Positions 15,403-32,428 of a DNA stretch of 64,000 nucleotides are shown piece by piece. The notes under the pieces are model-generated. The model did no database searches. It was not told where the DNA came from and was given only the letters and a program-made list of their open reading frames with translations. Origin of the DNA: an uncultured delta proteobacterium (lineage in GTDB: Bacteria; Myxococcota_A; Polyangia; Polyangiales; Polyangiaceae); assembly GCA_963716725.1 (NCBI GenBank), contig CAVQUB010000007.1, positions 96,001 to 160,000 on the forward strand, read 5' to 3'. Each line of letters begins with the position of its first letter. The stretch's first letter is position 1. The translations under genes and the position numbers were made by a program.

Positions 15403-16104
15403 ATGCTTCGGCGACTCGTGGCGGTGGGTGGATTGGGGCTGCTGGTGGTGTGGGGCTGCAGCAGCAGCACGACGATTCAGGGTTCCGGAGGCGCCTCGAC
15501 CGGCGGCGCGTCGGGAAGCGGCGGCGCGTCGGGAAGCGGCGGCGCGTCGGGAAGCGGCGGCACGTCGACCGGCGGCACGTCGACCGGCGGCACGTCGACC
15601 GGCGGCACGTCGACCGGCGGCACGTCGGGTAGCGGTGGCACGTCGGGTAGCGGCGGCGGCACGAGCGACGCGGGCCTGACCTGCGGCGGCATCGCCTGTG
15701 ACGGATGGAACCTCAGTGGAATCGCGATTCCGGCCTGCTGCGCGGGCCCGGGCAAGGAGAAGTGCGGCGCTGAGCTGAGCACGAAGAACGCTCCCCTCTT
15801 CTACCTGCCCGCGGCCTGCTACGAGCTCAACCAGCCCGGCAACGTGGACTGCACCAGCTGCCCACAGAAGAAGGTCAAGGACCTGCAGGGCAAGGATGCC
15901 TATCTCGATGGCTGCTGCATGCCGGACAGCACGTGTGGCTACAACGTCGACGCTACGTTGGTGCAGGGCCCGAAAATCGGCTGCGTTCCGCCAAAGTTCT
16001 TCAATCCGACCGCTGGCACGGGCCCGGCCTGCACCCCCAGCGGCCAACCGAGCGCCAACTGCCCCGATCCGCCACAGGACGGCGGGTCGCCACCGACCGA
16101 CTGA
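15403..16104 (+). CDS. Gly-rich, 14-Cys lipoprotein (paralog 2)
   Basis: Lipobox VWGC; tandem-repeat linker; same Cys scaffold as 14572-15261. Confidence 0.8.
   Translation: MLRRLVAVGGLGLLVVWGCSSSTTIQGSGGASTGGASGSGGASGSGGASGSGGTSTGGTSTGGTSTGGTSTGGTSGSGGTSGSGGGTSDAGLTCGGIACDGWNLSGIAIPACCAGPGKEKCGAELSTKNAPLFYLPAACYELNQPGNVDCTSCPQKKVKDLQGKDAYLDGCCMPDSTCGYNVDATLVQGPKIGCVPPKFFNPTAGTGPACTPSGQPSANCPDPPQDGGSPPTD
15502..15651 (+). repeat. Coding tandem repeats: 3 x 18 bp (GGASGS), 4 x 15 bp (GGTST), 2 x 18 bp (GGTSGS)
   Basis: GGCGGCGCGTCGGGAAGC x3 and GGCGGCACGTCGACC x4 read directly. Confidence 0.9.
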
Positions 16105-16266
16105 GGCGATCGCTCACGACCGCGGTGGGCGGGCCCCTTGATCTGCGGGTCTGCGGCCTTAGCTTGGCCTGAGCTTCGTGCTGGAGGACGCCTCGGGGCA
16201 CAGCCGTGAGCCTCCGAATCAAAGACCTGCCCCCGCGCTGCGGAGGCCCATGACACAGGTGTAGCC

Positions 16267-18902
<2,636 letters not shown>

Positions 18903-18918
<16 letters not shown>

Positions 18919-19466
18919 CCCAAGGCCCAGGTCGCGACGATCTGGTAGCGGCTGCCCGCGGGCGTGAGCTCGGACTGATAGAGACAGACCTCGCGGAACG
19001 AGACCGTGACGGACGCGAACCGCGCGGCGTCGATCACGGTGCGGGGATCGCCCGGCTGCTTGAAGCGCGCGAGGGTCACATGGGCGTGAAAGTCACGCGT
19101 CTCCCGCTCGACGCCGAGATCCGCGACGTCGTCCTCGAGACCCCGCGCCAGATCGCCGAGGACGGGGGACGGCGTTTCGACGTGCACGACCAACACGCGA
19201 GCGCGTTCCCCGCCGAAGGCCGAGACCCGCGAGAGCGTGGCCTCGAAGGGCGTCGCCGCACGAGCGCGCGTCACCAGCATTTCGGTCAGCCGAGGCAGCA
19301 CCGCCTCGGGCTGGCCACCGACGAACTTTAGCGTGACATGCATTTGCTCGGGACGTGTCCAACGCGGTTCGAGCTGCGTTGCCAGCGACTTGGCCCGCGT
19401 CTGCGCCGCAGCCAGGGCCACGAGCGACGCTTCCGGCAGCGGCAGGCCGAAGAACACCCGGATCAT
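18903..19466 (-). CDS. thpR: RNA 2',3'-cyclic phosphodiesterase (2H family)
   Basis: Two HxT motifs (HVTLKF, HVTLAR), LYQSELTPAGSRY; coupled to cinA. Confidence 0.9.
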
Positions 19467-20707
19467 TCGTCGTGGCCGCGCAGCAGGACCTTGCGCACCA
19501 GGGCGAGGCCTGCAAACGCCGCCAAATCGCGGATTTGAGCCCGTGATCCGGGGAAGACCATCTGGCGATCGCTGATGCCCTCTCGAGTCGCCACCGCGTA
19601 GTGCACCAGACCGACGGGCCTGTCCGCGCTGCCGCCGGTGGGCCCGGCGACTCCGGTGAGCGCGAGGGCGAGGTCGCTGCCGAGCGCCGTTCGTGCGCCG
19701 TCGGCCATGGCGCGGGCGACCGGCGCGCAGACGGCACCCTGCTCTTCGAGCAGCGCCGCCGGCACACCGAGTAATGTTTGCTTGGCGCTGTTGGCGTAGC
19801 TGATCACGCCCCCCAAGAAGAACGCGCTGGACCCGCTGCGCTCGGTGAGCAAGCGGCCCACCGCTCCTCCGGTGCACGACTCGGCGACCGCCAGAGTCTG
19901 CTTGTGTTCGACCAGGAGCTGGCCCAGCGCCTGCGCGAAGGTCACGTCGCCTTCGCCGTAGACGACGTCCGGACCGAGGCGCGAGATCACCTCGTCCGCG
20001 GCGCGGCGCGCCCGATCGCGGGCAACATCTCCCTCGGGGGCGCGCGCCAAGATCTTGACCTCGATCTCGGGAAAGTGCGCTCGATAACCCAGCGTGACCT
20101 CGAAGGCCTGCTCGATACCCGAGAGCTTGTCGTTCACGCCGGACTCGGTCATGCCGAAGGTCCCGAGGCGCACCTGGTGCATGGCGCCGCGCACGAAGGG
20201 TGCGAGGGAAGGCACGACGTGCTCGCGAAACATCGTCTTCATTTCACGAGGCACCCCGGGCATGAAGAACGCCTGAGCGTGGCCCAGCGCCACCGAAAAT
20301 CCCGGCGCCGTGCCCTTTGCGTTGGCGAGCACCGCGGCGCCGCGGGGAAAGTCCGCCTGCTTGGCGTTCGAGGTCGCCATCACCCGGCCGAACTTCTCCA
20401 TCCGAGAGCGGATCGTGTCGAGCGAAGCGTGGTCGCGCTCCAGGGGAACGCCCAGGAGATCTGCGACACATTCGCTGGTGATGTCGTCGGTGGTCGGGCC
20501 GAGCCCACCCGTGCACACGATTGCCAGGTGCCCGGCGCTCAGGCGACGCAGCGTCTCGATGATGATCGCGCGGTCGTCGGGGACGGTCTCGATGGCCGTC
20601 ACCTCGATCCCGCGATCGGTGAGCGCCTCCGAAAGCCACGGGGCGTTGGTATTGACGAGCTCACCGCGCGTGAGCTCGGTGCCGATGCAGAGGACGGCGG
20701 CCGACAT
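19463..20707 (-). CDS. cinA: Competence/damage-inducible protein CinA (MocF + NMN deamidase)
   Basis: IGTEL, TGGLGPTTDD, PGVPREM, AESCTGG, TGVAGP. Confidence 0.95.
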   Translation of the reverse strand: MSAAVLCIGTELTRGELVNTNAPWLSEALTDRGIEVTAIETVPDDRAIIIETLRRLSAGHLAIVCTGGLGPTTDDITSECVADLLGVPLERDHASLDTIRSRMEKFGRVMATSNAKQADFPRGAAVLANAKGTAPGFSVALGHAQAFFMPGVPREMKTMFREHVVPSLAPFVRGAMHQVRLGTFGMTESGVNDKLSGIEQAFEVTLGYRAHFPEIEVKILARAPEGDVARDRARRAADEVISRLGPDVVYGEGDVTFAQALGQLLVEHKQTLAVAESCTGGAVGRLLTERSGSSAFFLGGVISYANSAKQTLLGVPAALLEEQGAVCAPVARAMADGARTALGSDLALALTGVAGPTGGSADRPVGLVHYAVATREGISDRQMVFPGSRAQIRDLAAFAGLALVRKVLLRGHDE

Positions 20708-20717
20708 CGCGCATAGC

Positions 20718-21545
20718 TTAGTGCGGCGTCGGGGAGTAGGCACAGCGGAAGCCGACGTGATCGGCGGCGGACTCGCCCCCTTCGACGGACCATGATTTCA
20801 GCTCACCGGCCACGCGTGAGCGGAAGCTACCGCCATGGGCGTGCGCCGAAGCGTTGGGTTCACGCGCCCACTCCGCGACGTTTCCCGCCAGATCGAGGAC
20901 TCCATCGGGGCTCTTGCCGTCGGGACGCGCGCCCGCCAGCTCGGGTCCCGTGGCGCCGGTACCGCAGGGACCTTCCACCAGGCCAAATGTAGCGCGCCGG
21001 CACACCAGGCCCGTGGGTCCCCAGGGAAATCGACGGGCGGAGATGCCCGTGGCCGCGAACAACCACTCGTCGGCGCTCGGCAAGCGCCCGCCCTGCGCCC
21101 GACAGAATGCCTCAGCAGCCTCGGCGCTCAGCGACGTCACTGGCAGCCCAGGTTCCGGAGCACCGACACTGCCGAAGCGGTCGTGGGTGACCTCGAAGGC
21201 GTCGATTTCGAACTCGGTGACGGTGATGGTGCGCCGGGCAATGCCTTCGGCTTCCCAGTCGTTCGGCGAGAGGGTGAGCGTGCCGCCGAGGATGCGCACG
21301 CGACGCGGGACCGCGACACATCCGCGCGCTCTCGGAGCAAGACCGTCGGGACACCGAATCGGCACGCCCGAGCAGGCGCCGCCGGCCAATGACTGTCCCT
21401 CCCCGCAGCAGCGAGGGCCGCGCGCCCTGAGGCCCGCGGGGCAACGCGCGGGATCCGTCCGCTCGCGGCGCGCGACAAAGAGCACGATCGCGAGGGCGAC
21501 AATCGCCGCCAGAATTCCGGTGCCCAAGACCACCTGCCGGCGCAT
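20718..21545 (-). CDS. FGE/SUMF1-like (formylglycine-generating enzyme family) membrane-anchored protein
   Basis: IDAFEVT, RLPSADEW, FPWG, DLAGNVAEW, GFRC. Confidence 0.85.
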   Translation of the reverse strand: MRRQVVLGTGILAAIVALAIVLFVARRERTDPARCPAGLRARGPRCCGEGQSLAGGACSGVPIRCPDGLAPRARGCVAVPRRVRILGGTLTLSPNDWEAEGIARRTITVTEFEIDAFEVTHDRFGSVGAPEPGLPVTSLSAEAAEAFCRAQGGRLPSADEWLFAATGISARRFPWGPTGLVCRRATFGLVEGPCGTGATGPELAGARPDGKSPDGVLDLAGNVAEWAREPNASAHAHGGSFRSRVAGELKSWSVEGGESAADHVGFRCAYSPTPH

Positions 21546-21601
21546 CCGGCAGCAGCATCGCACTCCCCGGCGGTCTTGGCATAGACTCTGCGCACCCTCT
21601 C

Positions 21602-22423
21602 ATGGCCGACTTCAATCACAAGATCGTGCTCGGTCGCACCGGGCTCCACGTTGGGCGGCTGGGTGTTGCGTCGGGCTACGGCGTGCCCTGCGCGGCCCTG
21701 GAGGAAGCCTACGAGCGCGGGGTGAACTACTTCTATTGGGGCTCGCGCCGCACCCGGGAGATGGGCGAGGCGATCCGTCACCTCGCCAAGAAGGACCGCG
21801 CAGGCTTGGTGGTCTGCGTGCAGAGCTACGCCCGCATGGGGTTCTGGTTGAAGCGCTCCTTCGAGAAGGGGCTGCGCGAGCTCGGGCTCGACTACGCGGA
21901 TGTGCTCCTGCTCGGGTGGTACAACGACCCGCCCTCGGCGCGCATCATGGACGCGGCGACGGAGCTGGTTGCGTCGGGCCGTGCGCGGCACCTGGCCGTC
22001 TCGAGCCACCAGCGAACGATGTTTCCCACGCTGCTCGACGATCAGCGCATCGGGCTCTGGCAAGTTCGTTACAACGCCGTGCATCGCGGCGCCGAGCGCG
22101 AGGTGTTTTCGGCGCTCGACGGCCTCGACCTGACGAAGCGTCCGGGCGTCATCACCTACACGACCACGCGCTGGGGGCACCTGGTCGACCCCAAGCGCAC
22201 GCCCCAGGGCGAGACGACGCCGACCGGCGCGGACTGCTATCGCTTTGCCATGTCGCATCCTCACGTGGACGTGGTGATGAGCGGGCCCGCAAACGCCGAG
22301 CAGATGCGCGAGGCGCTGCGCGCCCTCGAGCTCGGACCGATGAGCGATGACGAGCTCGCTCGCATGCGGCGCATCGGTGACGCGCTCTACGGCAAGGATC
22401 GCACCTCGAAGATCCGGGACTGA
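21602..22423 (+). CDS. Aldo/keto reductase
   Basis: LGRTGLHVGRLG, LRELGLDYADVLLL, QVRYN, VVMSGP. Confidence 0.85.
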   Translation: MADFNHKIVLGRTGLHVGRLGVASGYGVPCAALEEAYERGVNYFYWGSRRTREMGEAIRHLAKKDRAGLVVCVQSYARMGFWLKRSFEKGLRELGLDYADVLLLGWYNDPPSARIMDAATELVASGRARHLAVSSHQRTMFPTLLDDQRIGLWQVRYNAVHRGAEREVFSALDGLDLTKRPGVITYTTTRWGHLVDPKRTPQGETTPTGADCYRFAMSHPHVDVVMSGPANAEQMREALRALELGPMSDDELARMRRIGDALYGKDRTSKIRD

Positions 22424-24193
22424 GCTCAGGAGCCTTCGTCCTGCCCGCCGCGGCGATCCGCCAGCGTGGCGGTATTTCCCGTCGAGGGCGGGCCGCCGGA
22501 GAGCGTCGCCGCAGCCAGCTCGAGGATGGGACCACTCCCCGTGGATTTTCCGCGCTTCCGATCCCGCTCCACGAGGTCGACCAGCTCGCTGAGCGCGCGG
22601 CGCCCAGCCTCGGACCGTGGCACCGCCTTCAGGATGGCGCCCTCGAGCTCCTCGGCGCTCTGCCAGCGCCGCTTTGGGTCGATGTGCATCGCGCGCTCGA
22701 TGGCGGCCGCGAGGGGTTCGGCGTCCGGACGCGCCTCGGTCAGCTGCTTGCGGCGCCCCTCCAAAATGGCTGTGACCATCGCGGACTCGCTGTCTCCAGC
22801 AAACGGTCGGGCGAGCGCGGTCGCCTCGAAGAGCAGTACGCCGAGTGCAAATACGTCGGTGCGCGCGTCGACGCCGGCGCCCGTGAGCTGCTCCGGGGCG
22901 GCGTAGGCGAGCTTGCCGCGCATGTGGCCGGTCTTGGTGTGCGTGGCGTGCGTCGCGGCCCGCGCGATGCCAAAGTCGATCAGCTTGACCTCGCCGCCGC
23001 GTGAGATCAGCACGTTGTGCGGAGACACGTCGCGGTGCACCACGTGCAGCAACGTACCGTCGTGATCGCGCAGGGTGTGAGCGTGGTGGAGGGCCGAAGC
23101 CAGGGCGGCGCCGATCTCGGCGACGGCCGCCAGCGGCAGCTCGCGCCGGGAGAGCGCGGAGTGCCGCAGCAAGATCGCGAGCGGCAGGCCGTCGACGAGC
23201 TCCATGGCGATGTAGGGCCGAACATGCGAGCCGGGCCCGCCCGTGCCGAAGCTCAGCACTTCGACGATGTTCGGGTGATGAAGCTGGGCGGCCAGCCGCG
23301 CCTCTTCCAGAAACATCGAGCAGAGCTCCGCGTTGTCGACCAGATCTCGTCGCACGCGCTTGACCGCGGCGACACGCTTCGATCCGAGCAGCCCCACCGC
23401 CTCGGCCACGAAGACCTCGGCCATGCCGCCGGCGCCGAGGAAGCGCTGGAGCGCGAAGCCAGGCACCCGCCCCTCTGCGCCCTCGAGCGCGACGCGAAAC
23501 TGCAACAGCATGCGCGACGCGATGAACGCGCTGGCGATGGCCGCGGCCGTGACCGCGCCCACCAGCGGAGCGGGCTTTCCGATCAGCGCGGCCACGTCGA
23601 CGAAGCCAGCGCAGAACACCAGGAGGACCGCCGGTAGCGAGGAACGGATCTGGCTCTTGGGCCAGAACGCGGCGATGGCCAGCGCCTCACACAGCTGGAA
23701 TGCCCCGCAGACCAGCGCGAAGATCAGCGCCGAGCTCCAGGGCAAGACGCGACTCGGGGCGCCGATGGCAACGCCGACCCCGGGCAGCGTCTCGACGGCG
23801 AGGGCGACCGCTAGGGGAACGGGCAGGGCCGCGAGTCCGAGCCAAGTTCGATAGCGTTTGGCCCGACGATCGTCCGACGGAATGACCGCAGCCGTGCCGG
23901 CGATGAAGGCGACGATGCAGAGCGCGATGAACGCGCGGATCGACCACTCGGGAGCGATCCCGGCCATCAGCAGCGCCGCCGCGATGGAGGTCAAGCCCGC
24001 CAGCATCATGGCGATGGCCGTGAGCCGAGTCCCCAGCGGCCAGAGCTCGCCGCGCGGCCAACCCCAGCACAGCGCCGCGACGGCGAAGTCGAAGCCCGCG
24101 ACGACGAGCGCGAAGGCGGTGGGCAGCAACACGGCTAGCGCACGCCAGCGCCGCGCGGACGCCGCACCCCTCGCGGACTGCCCGCGAGGACCA

Positions 24194-28019
<3,826 letters not shown>

Positions 28020-28099
28020 GGCGCCCGAGACTAGCCCGGATCACGCGATCTTGGGATGGTCGCGCCGACCGCCCACAATGGGCTAAGGTCCCGCACCCG

Positions 28100-29107
28100 A
28101 TGGCGGACGCGCCGCGCGAAGACCCAGCCGACACCCAGGCGCGCGACTCGAGGCCCGAGGAGCCGCCGGAGGTGAGCGTGGCCCCGGCGGAGGCCCCGCG
28201 CAGCGCCGGTGATTTTGGCTGGCGAGTCGGCGGCATCATCAAGACCATCCGCCCGCATCAGTGGGTGAAGAACGTCTTCGTCCTCGCGCCGGTGGTCTTC
28301 GCCAAAGAGATCTTCGATCCGCTCCTGCTCTGGCGCGCGGCAGCGGCCTTCTTTGCGTTCTGTCTGCTCGCCGGCGCGGTCTACACGATGAACGACCTCG
28401 CCGACGTCGATGCTGACCGTCAGCATCCGGTGAAGCGCTTTCGCCCCATCGCCTCGGGCCGGGTGCCCATCTCCATCGCGCGGGCGCTCGCGGTGGTGCT
28501 CGTGCTCGGAGCCCTGACCGGATCCGCCTTCCGCTCGTGGCAGTTCTTTGCGGCCGCGGCGGCGTACTTCACGCTCAACGTCGCCTACTCCTTCAAGCTG
28601 AAGCACGTCGCGTACGTCGACGTCGGCTGCATCGCCGCGGGCTTCGTGCTGCGGGTGATGGGCGGAGGCTTCGCGACGCAGATCACGGTCTCGTACTACC
28701 TCTTGCTCTGCACCGCGCTCTTGGCGCTCTTCCTGGGCTTCGGCAAGCGCCGCCACGAGCTGGCGCTGGCGGCCATTGGCGGAGCGGGCAAGACGCGGGC
28801 GGCGCTCGAGTCGTACACCGTCCGTGGGATCGACGTGGCGCTGAGCGTGACCGCGCTGGCGACCATCGCGACCTACCTGGCGTACACCCTCGATCCGCAC
28901 ACGCAGGCGTTTTTCAAGACGAAATGGCTGTGGGTGAGCACCGCCTTCGTCGTGCTCGGCGTCTGGCGCTTCCTGTTCCTGGTCCGAAGCCGGCCCCGGG
29001 CCGAGAGCCCGACGCAAGAGATGCTGAAAGATGGTCCCTTCGTCGGCATCGTGCTGCTCTGGGTCGTGCTCGTGATGTGGGTCGTCTACCACCTCCGGCC
29101 AGGCTGA
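28100..29107 (+). CDS. UbiA-family decaprenyl-phosphate phosphoribosyltransferase-like protein
   Basis: RPHQWVKN, NDLADVDADRQHPVKRFRPIASG, KRRHEL. Confidence 0.9.
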   Translation: MADAPREDPADTQARDSRPEEPPEVSVAPAEAPRSAGDFGWRVGGIIKTIRPHQWVKNVFVLAPVVFAKEIFDPLLLWRAAAAFFAFCLLAGAVYTMNDLADVDADRQHPVKRFRPIASGRVPISIARALAVVLVLGALTGSAFRSWQFFAAAAAYFTLNVAYSFKLKHVAYVDVGCIAAGFVLRVMGGGFATQITVSYYLLLCTALLALFLGFGKRRHELALAAIGGAGKTRAALESYTVRGIDVALSVTALATIATYLAYTLDPHTQAFFKTKWLWVSTAFVVLGVWRFLFLVRSRPRAESPTQEMLKDGPFVGIVLLWVVLVMWVVYHLRPG

Positions 29108-29108
29108 G

Positions 29109-29837
29109 ATGTCCGAACCCGAGAAGAAACCCGCGGAAGAGAGGCCTGGGTTCTTCGCCAAGGCGAGCGACGCCTGGTCGGATCTCGTGCTCACGCTGCC
29201 GATTTTCATCCTCTACCACCTCGGCGTCGTGCTCTTGCCGGTGCGCAATGCGGCCGACGTCGTCACCAGCGAGCTGATCGCCCTCGCGGACAACAACATG
29301 GTCGCCTACGCCGGCCTCACCCTGCTGATCGGTGGCGTGTTCGTCGGCGTGCTCGTGATGCTCGGTCGGGGCAAGGCCCTCGAGTGGGATCGCTTCGCGT
29401 TGCTCGCGGTCGAGTCCACGATCTACGCCGTCGCCATGCGCTTCGTCGCCGGCTGGGTCGTGGGCAAGCTGACGCTGGCGGGCTCGCCGATCGGCGGCGG
29501 CTTCACCGGGGCGGTCATGAGCGCCGGCGCCGGCCTCTACGAAGAGATCGCGTTTCGGGTGATCCTCTTCGGCCTCGGGCTGCGCGTGCTCAGCCTGATG
29601 TTCCCGATGATCGATCCGGTGCGTCCGCGCCTGCTCGCTGTCGGCTGGGCGTTGGTCGCCGCGGCGGTGTTCAGCGGGTGGCACTACGTCGGCGCCTACG
29701 GCGATCCCTTCGAGCTCCGGTCCTTCGTCTTCCGCTGGACCTGCGGCGTGGTGTTCACGGTCATCTACCGCTTCCGCGGCTTCGCACCGGCGGTTTGGAC
29801 GCACACGCTCTACGACGTCTGGGTACTGGTGCTCTGA
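29109..29837 (+). CDS. CPBP (Abi/CAAX) intramembrane metalloprotease
   Basis: EEIAFR, FSGWH, HTLYD motifs in a TM protein. Confidence 0.85.
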   Translation: MSEPEKKPAEERPGFFAKASDAWSDLVLTLPIFILYHLGVVLLPVRNAADVVTSELIALADNNMVAYAGLTLLIGGVFVGVLVMLGRGKALEWDRFALLAVESTIYAVAMRFVAGWVVGKLTLAGSPIGGGFTGAVMSAGAGLYEEIAFRVILFGLGLRVLSLMFPMIDPVRPRLLAVGWALVAAAVFSGWHYVGAYGDPFELRSFVFRWTCGVVFTVIYRFRGFAPAVWTHTLYDVWVLVL

Positions 29838-30571
29838 GCGTCGCAGCGCCTGGCCAGCACGAAGCGCTCCACGTTGCCTTTTGGCCCCGGCACCCGTGAG
29901 TCGCACTCGCCCAGGATTTCGAAGCCGGCGCCCGCGATGGCGGCCTTTGCTGCGCTGATGGCCGAACTCCGAACTTCGGGGTCTCGGATCACGCCCCGGG
30001 CACGCCGCGCGGCGTCGCGGCCGGCCTCGAACTGCGGCTTGACCAGCGCGAGCAAGTGCCCCGTCGGCGGCAAGATGGCCGCGATGGCCGGCATGAGCTT
30101 GTCGATTCCGATGAACGAAGCGTCGACGACGACGAGATCGATGCGCTGGGGGAACGACGCGCCCGTCAGGTGGCGAGCATTCGTGCGCTCCAACACCACC
30201 ACCCTCGCATCCTGCCGCAGCTGGTGAGCGAGCTGACCGTGTCCCACGTCGACCGCGTAGACGGCGACCGCTCCGTGCTGGAGCACGCAGTCCGTGAAAC
30301 CGCCCGTCGAGGCGCCGATGTCCACGACGACGGCGCCCCGCACATCGATCGGGAGCTCCGTCAGCGCAGCGTCGAGTTTGTCACCGCCGCGTGAGACGAA
30401 GCGCGGTCCGCCCCGCACCGTGAGTTCGGCGTCGGCGAGCAAGCTCTCCCCCGATTTGTCGATGCGTCGCTCACCCGAGAACACGCGGCCCGACAAAATC
30501 AGGGCCTGGGCCTGCGTCCGCGAAGTGGCCAGCTCACGCTCGACCAAGAGCACATCGGCGCGGAGCTTCAT
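29810..30571 (-). CDS. tlyA: TlyA-family rRNA methyltransferase
   Basis: S4 domain, VSRGGDKL, DIGASTGGFTD, LVKPQFE, GPKGNVE. Confidence 0.93.
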   Translation of the reverse strand: MKLRADVLLVERELATSRTQAQALILSGRVFSGERRIDKSGESLLADAELTVRGGPRFVSRGGDKLDAALTELPIDVRGAVVVDIGASTGGFTDCVLQHGAVAVYAVDVGHGQLAHQLRQDARVVVLERTNARHLTGASFPQRIDLVVVDASFIGIDKLMPAIAAILPPTGHLLALVKPQFEAGRDAARRARGVIRDPEVRSSAISAAKAAIAGAGFEILGECDSRVPGPKGNVERFVLARRCDAQSTSTQTS

Positions 30572-31419
30572 GGCACGACCACCCCCGGATGTAGAGCGCG
30601 GACCAGGACCGCGACGCCTTGGCCCACGCGCGGTCCCGGTCGGAGCACGCGGTCGTCCGACACGACGACTAGCCGTCCCTCTTTCACCGCGCGCACCTCG
30701 CTCCAGCCCGGGAGATCTTTACTGATGCTGATGCCCTCGCGGGCCACGCCGCCGGTGGCGTCGATCACCACCTCGGGATCCAGCGAGAGGACGCGCTCGA
30801 TGCCCAGCGTCGGGAAACGATGCTTCTCTCCGGACACGACGTTGTCCGCACCGGCCAGCCGCAGCATCTCGTCGGGGAAGCTGCCGGGGCCTGCCGCCAC
30901 GACGGGCCTCAGCCCGAAGACGAAGAGCGCGCGTGGGCGGTGGCGACCCGCGAGCGTCCGCGCGATGGCGACGCGCTCGCGCTCGAGAGCCGCTCTTTGG
31001 GCCAGCCCCCGCTGCTCGTCGCCCAACAGGCGCGCGAGCTCCACCAGCATCGCCCCGATCTCGGTCAGGCTCTGCGTGGGCGGGAAGAAGGTGGAGATCC
31101 CCCGAGCGTCGAGCCGCGCGGCGAAGTCCTCGAGCCCCGGCCCCTGCACGCCGATCACGAGGTCGGGCTTCACGCCCAGGATGGCTTCGAGGCTGGGATC
31201 GACGAAGCCGCCGACGGGCCGGACCGCTTTCACTTCCGGAGGGAAATCGCAGTACCGCGACCGGCCCACCAACCGATCGCCGTAGCCGAGGGCAAAGAGG
31301 GCTTCGGTGGTGGCCGGCGACAGCGAGACCACACGCATCGCGATGCCGCCAGCGTGTCGGGTGCGCCCGCAGGCAGAAAGCCCGAAAACCGTTAGAAATG
31401 CGCGCCGGCCGAGGACCAC
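30568..31419 (-). CDS. BtuF-like helical-backbone metal/cobalamin-binding protein
   Basis: RVVSLSPATTEALFALG, YCDFP, RPGPR. Confidence 0.85.
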   Translation of the reverse strand: MVLGRRAFLTVFGLSACGRTRHAGGIAMRVVSLSPATTEALFALGYGDRLVGRSRYCDFPPEVKAVRPVGGFVDPSLEAILGVKPDLVIGVQGPGLEDFAARLDARGISTFFPPTQSLTEIGAMLVELARLLGDEQRGLAQRAALERERVAIARTLAGRHRPRALFVFGLRPVVAAGPGSFPDEMLRLAGADNVVSGEKHRFPTLGIERVLSLDPEVVIDATGGVAREGISISKDLPGWSEVRAVKEGRLVVVSDDRVLRPGPRVGQGVAVLVRALHPGVVVP

Positions 31420-31617
31420 CCGGCTGTTCTAGCGCTCGGCGGGGAAGATGGGCAGCACTCGCCTCGTAGAAGCAGCCCGAGCGACCAATTCCGGCGTCTG
31501 GCGTCGGACGCCGGGTTTGTTGACGTCGTCGTCGACCTCGGGCAAGCATGCGCCCGGCCCAGCAGGGCTCTCTTGTTAGTTTCCGGGCCAAAGCGGCCCT
31601 CATCGGAGGATCAGTAG

Positions 31618-32397
31618 ATGCGGATCTCGAAGCTCAGTGTTGGAGCAGCTGTGGTGTTGGCGACGGTTTCTTTCGCGGCGAGCGCCTTGGCGCAAGAAGC
31701 GGGAGCCAGCGGCGAGGTGGGCATGACCCTGCCCGGCGGCGGGCCGAAGGCACAGGCGACGGAGGGCGAGACCGACCACGATCAGATGGTGGGGCGCTTT
31801 GCGGTGGGCTACCTCGGCGCGCGCTCCGTGCCGATGGCTGGGCTCGCGGGCACCACGCTCGTCGCCGCGGACCAGCAGGCGCCGGTCATCGGCATGCGCT
31901 ACTGGCTCGACCAGGGCATGGGCCTCGACGTGGGCTTGGGCTTCTTGAGCACGAGCGGCAGCACGAAGAACGGCAACGTGTCGTCCGACAAGGCCGGCGT
32001 CAACGCCGTGTTGCTGCACGCGGGCGTTCCGCTGGCCCTGGCAAACCACAAACACTTCAGCTGGCAGCTCGTGCCGGAAGTGAACATCGGATTTGCCCAG
32101 CAGACGCAGAAGGATTTTCAGGCCGCCAACGACGAACTCAAACTCAGCGGCCTCTTGGTCGAGGTGGGTGTGCGTGTAGGTGGTGAGCTCCACTTCGGAT
32201 TCATGGGCGTGCCCGAGCTGAGCCTGCAGGGCAGCGTCGGCGCGGTGTTCCAGACCACCACCCGCTCCGGCGAGTACACCCCCCCCGCGGGGGCGAGCAC
32301 GTCGTTCGAGGACAAAAACACGGTCATCGGCACCACCGTGTACGACAACCCGTGGAACATCTTCACGAGCAACGTCGCCGCCCTCTACTATTTCTGA
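31618..32397 (+). CDS. Probable outer-membrane beta-barrel protein
   Basis: Signal peptide, alternating beta strands, C-terminal ...ALYYF. Confidence 0.7.
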   Translation: MRISKLSVGAAVVLATVSFAASALAQEAGASGEVGMTLPGGGPKAQATEGETDHDQMVGRFAVGYLGARSVPMAGLAGTTLVAADQQAPVIGMRYWLDQGMGLDVGLGFLSTSGSTKNGNVSSDKAGVNAVLLHAGVPLALANHKHFSWQLVPEVNIGFAQQTQKDFQAANDELKLSGLLVEVGVRVGGELHFGFMGVPELSLQGSVGAVFQTTTRSGEYTPPAGASTSFEDKNTVIGTTVYDNPWNIFTSNVAALYYF

Positions 32398-32428
32398 TAC
32401 ATTCGAAGCTCGAAGGGAATTCGCCCCC

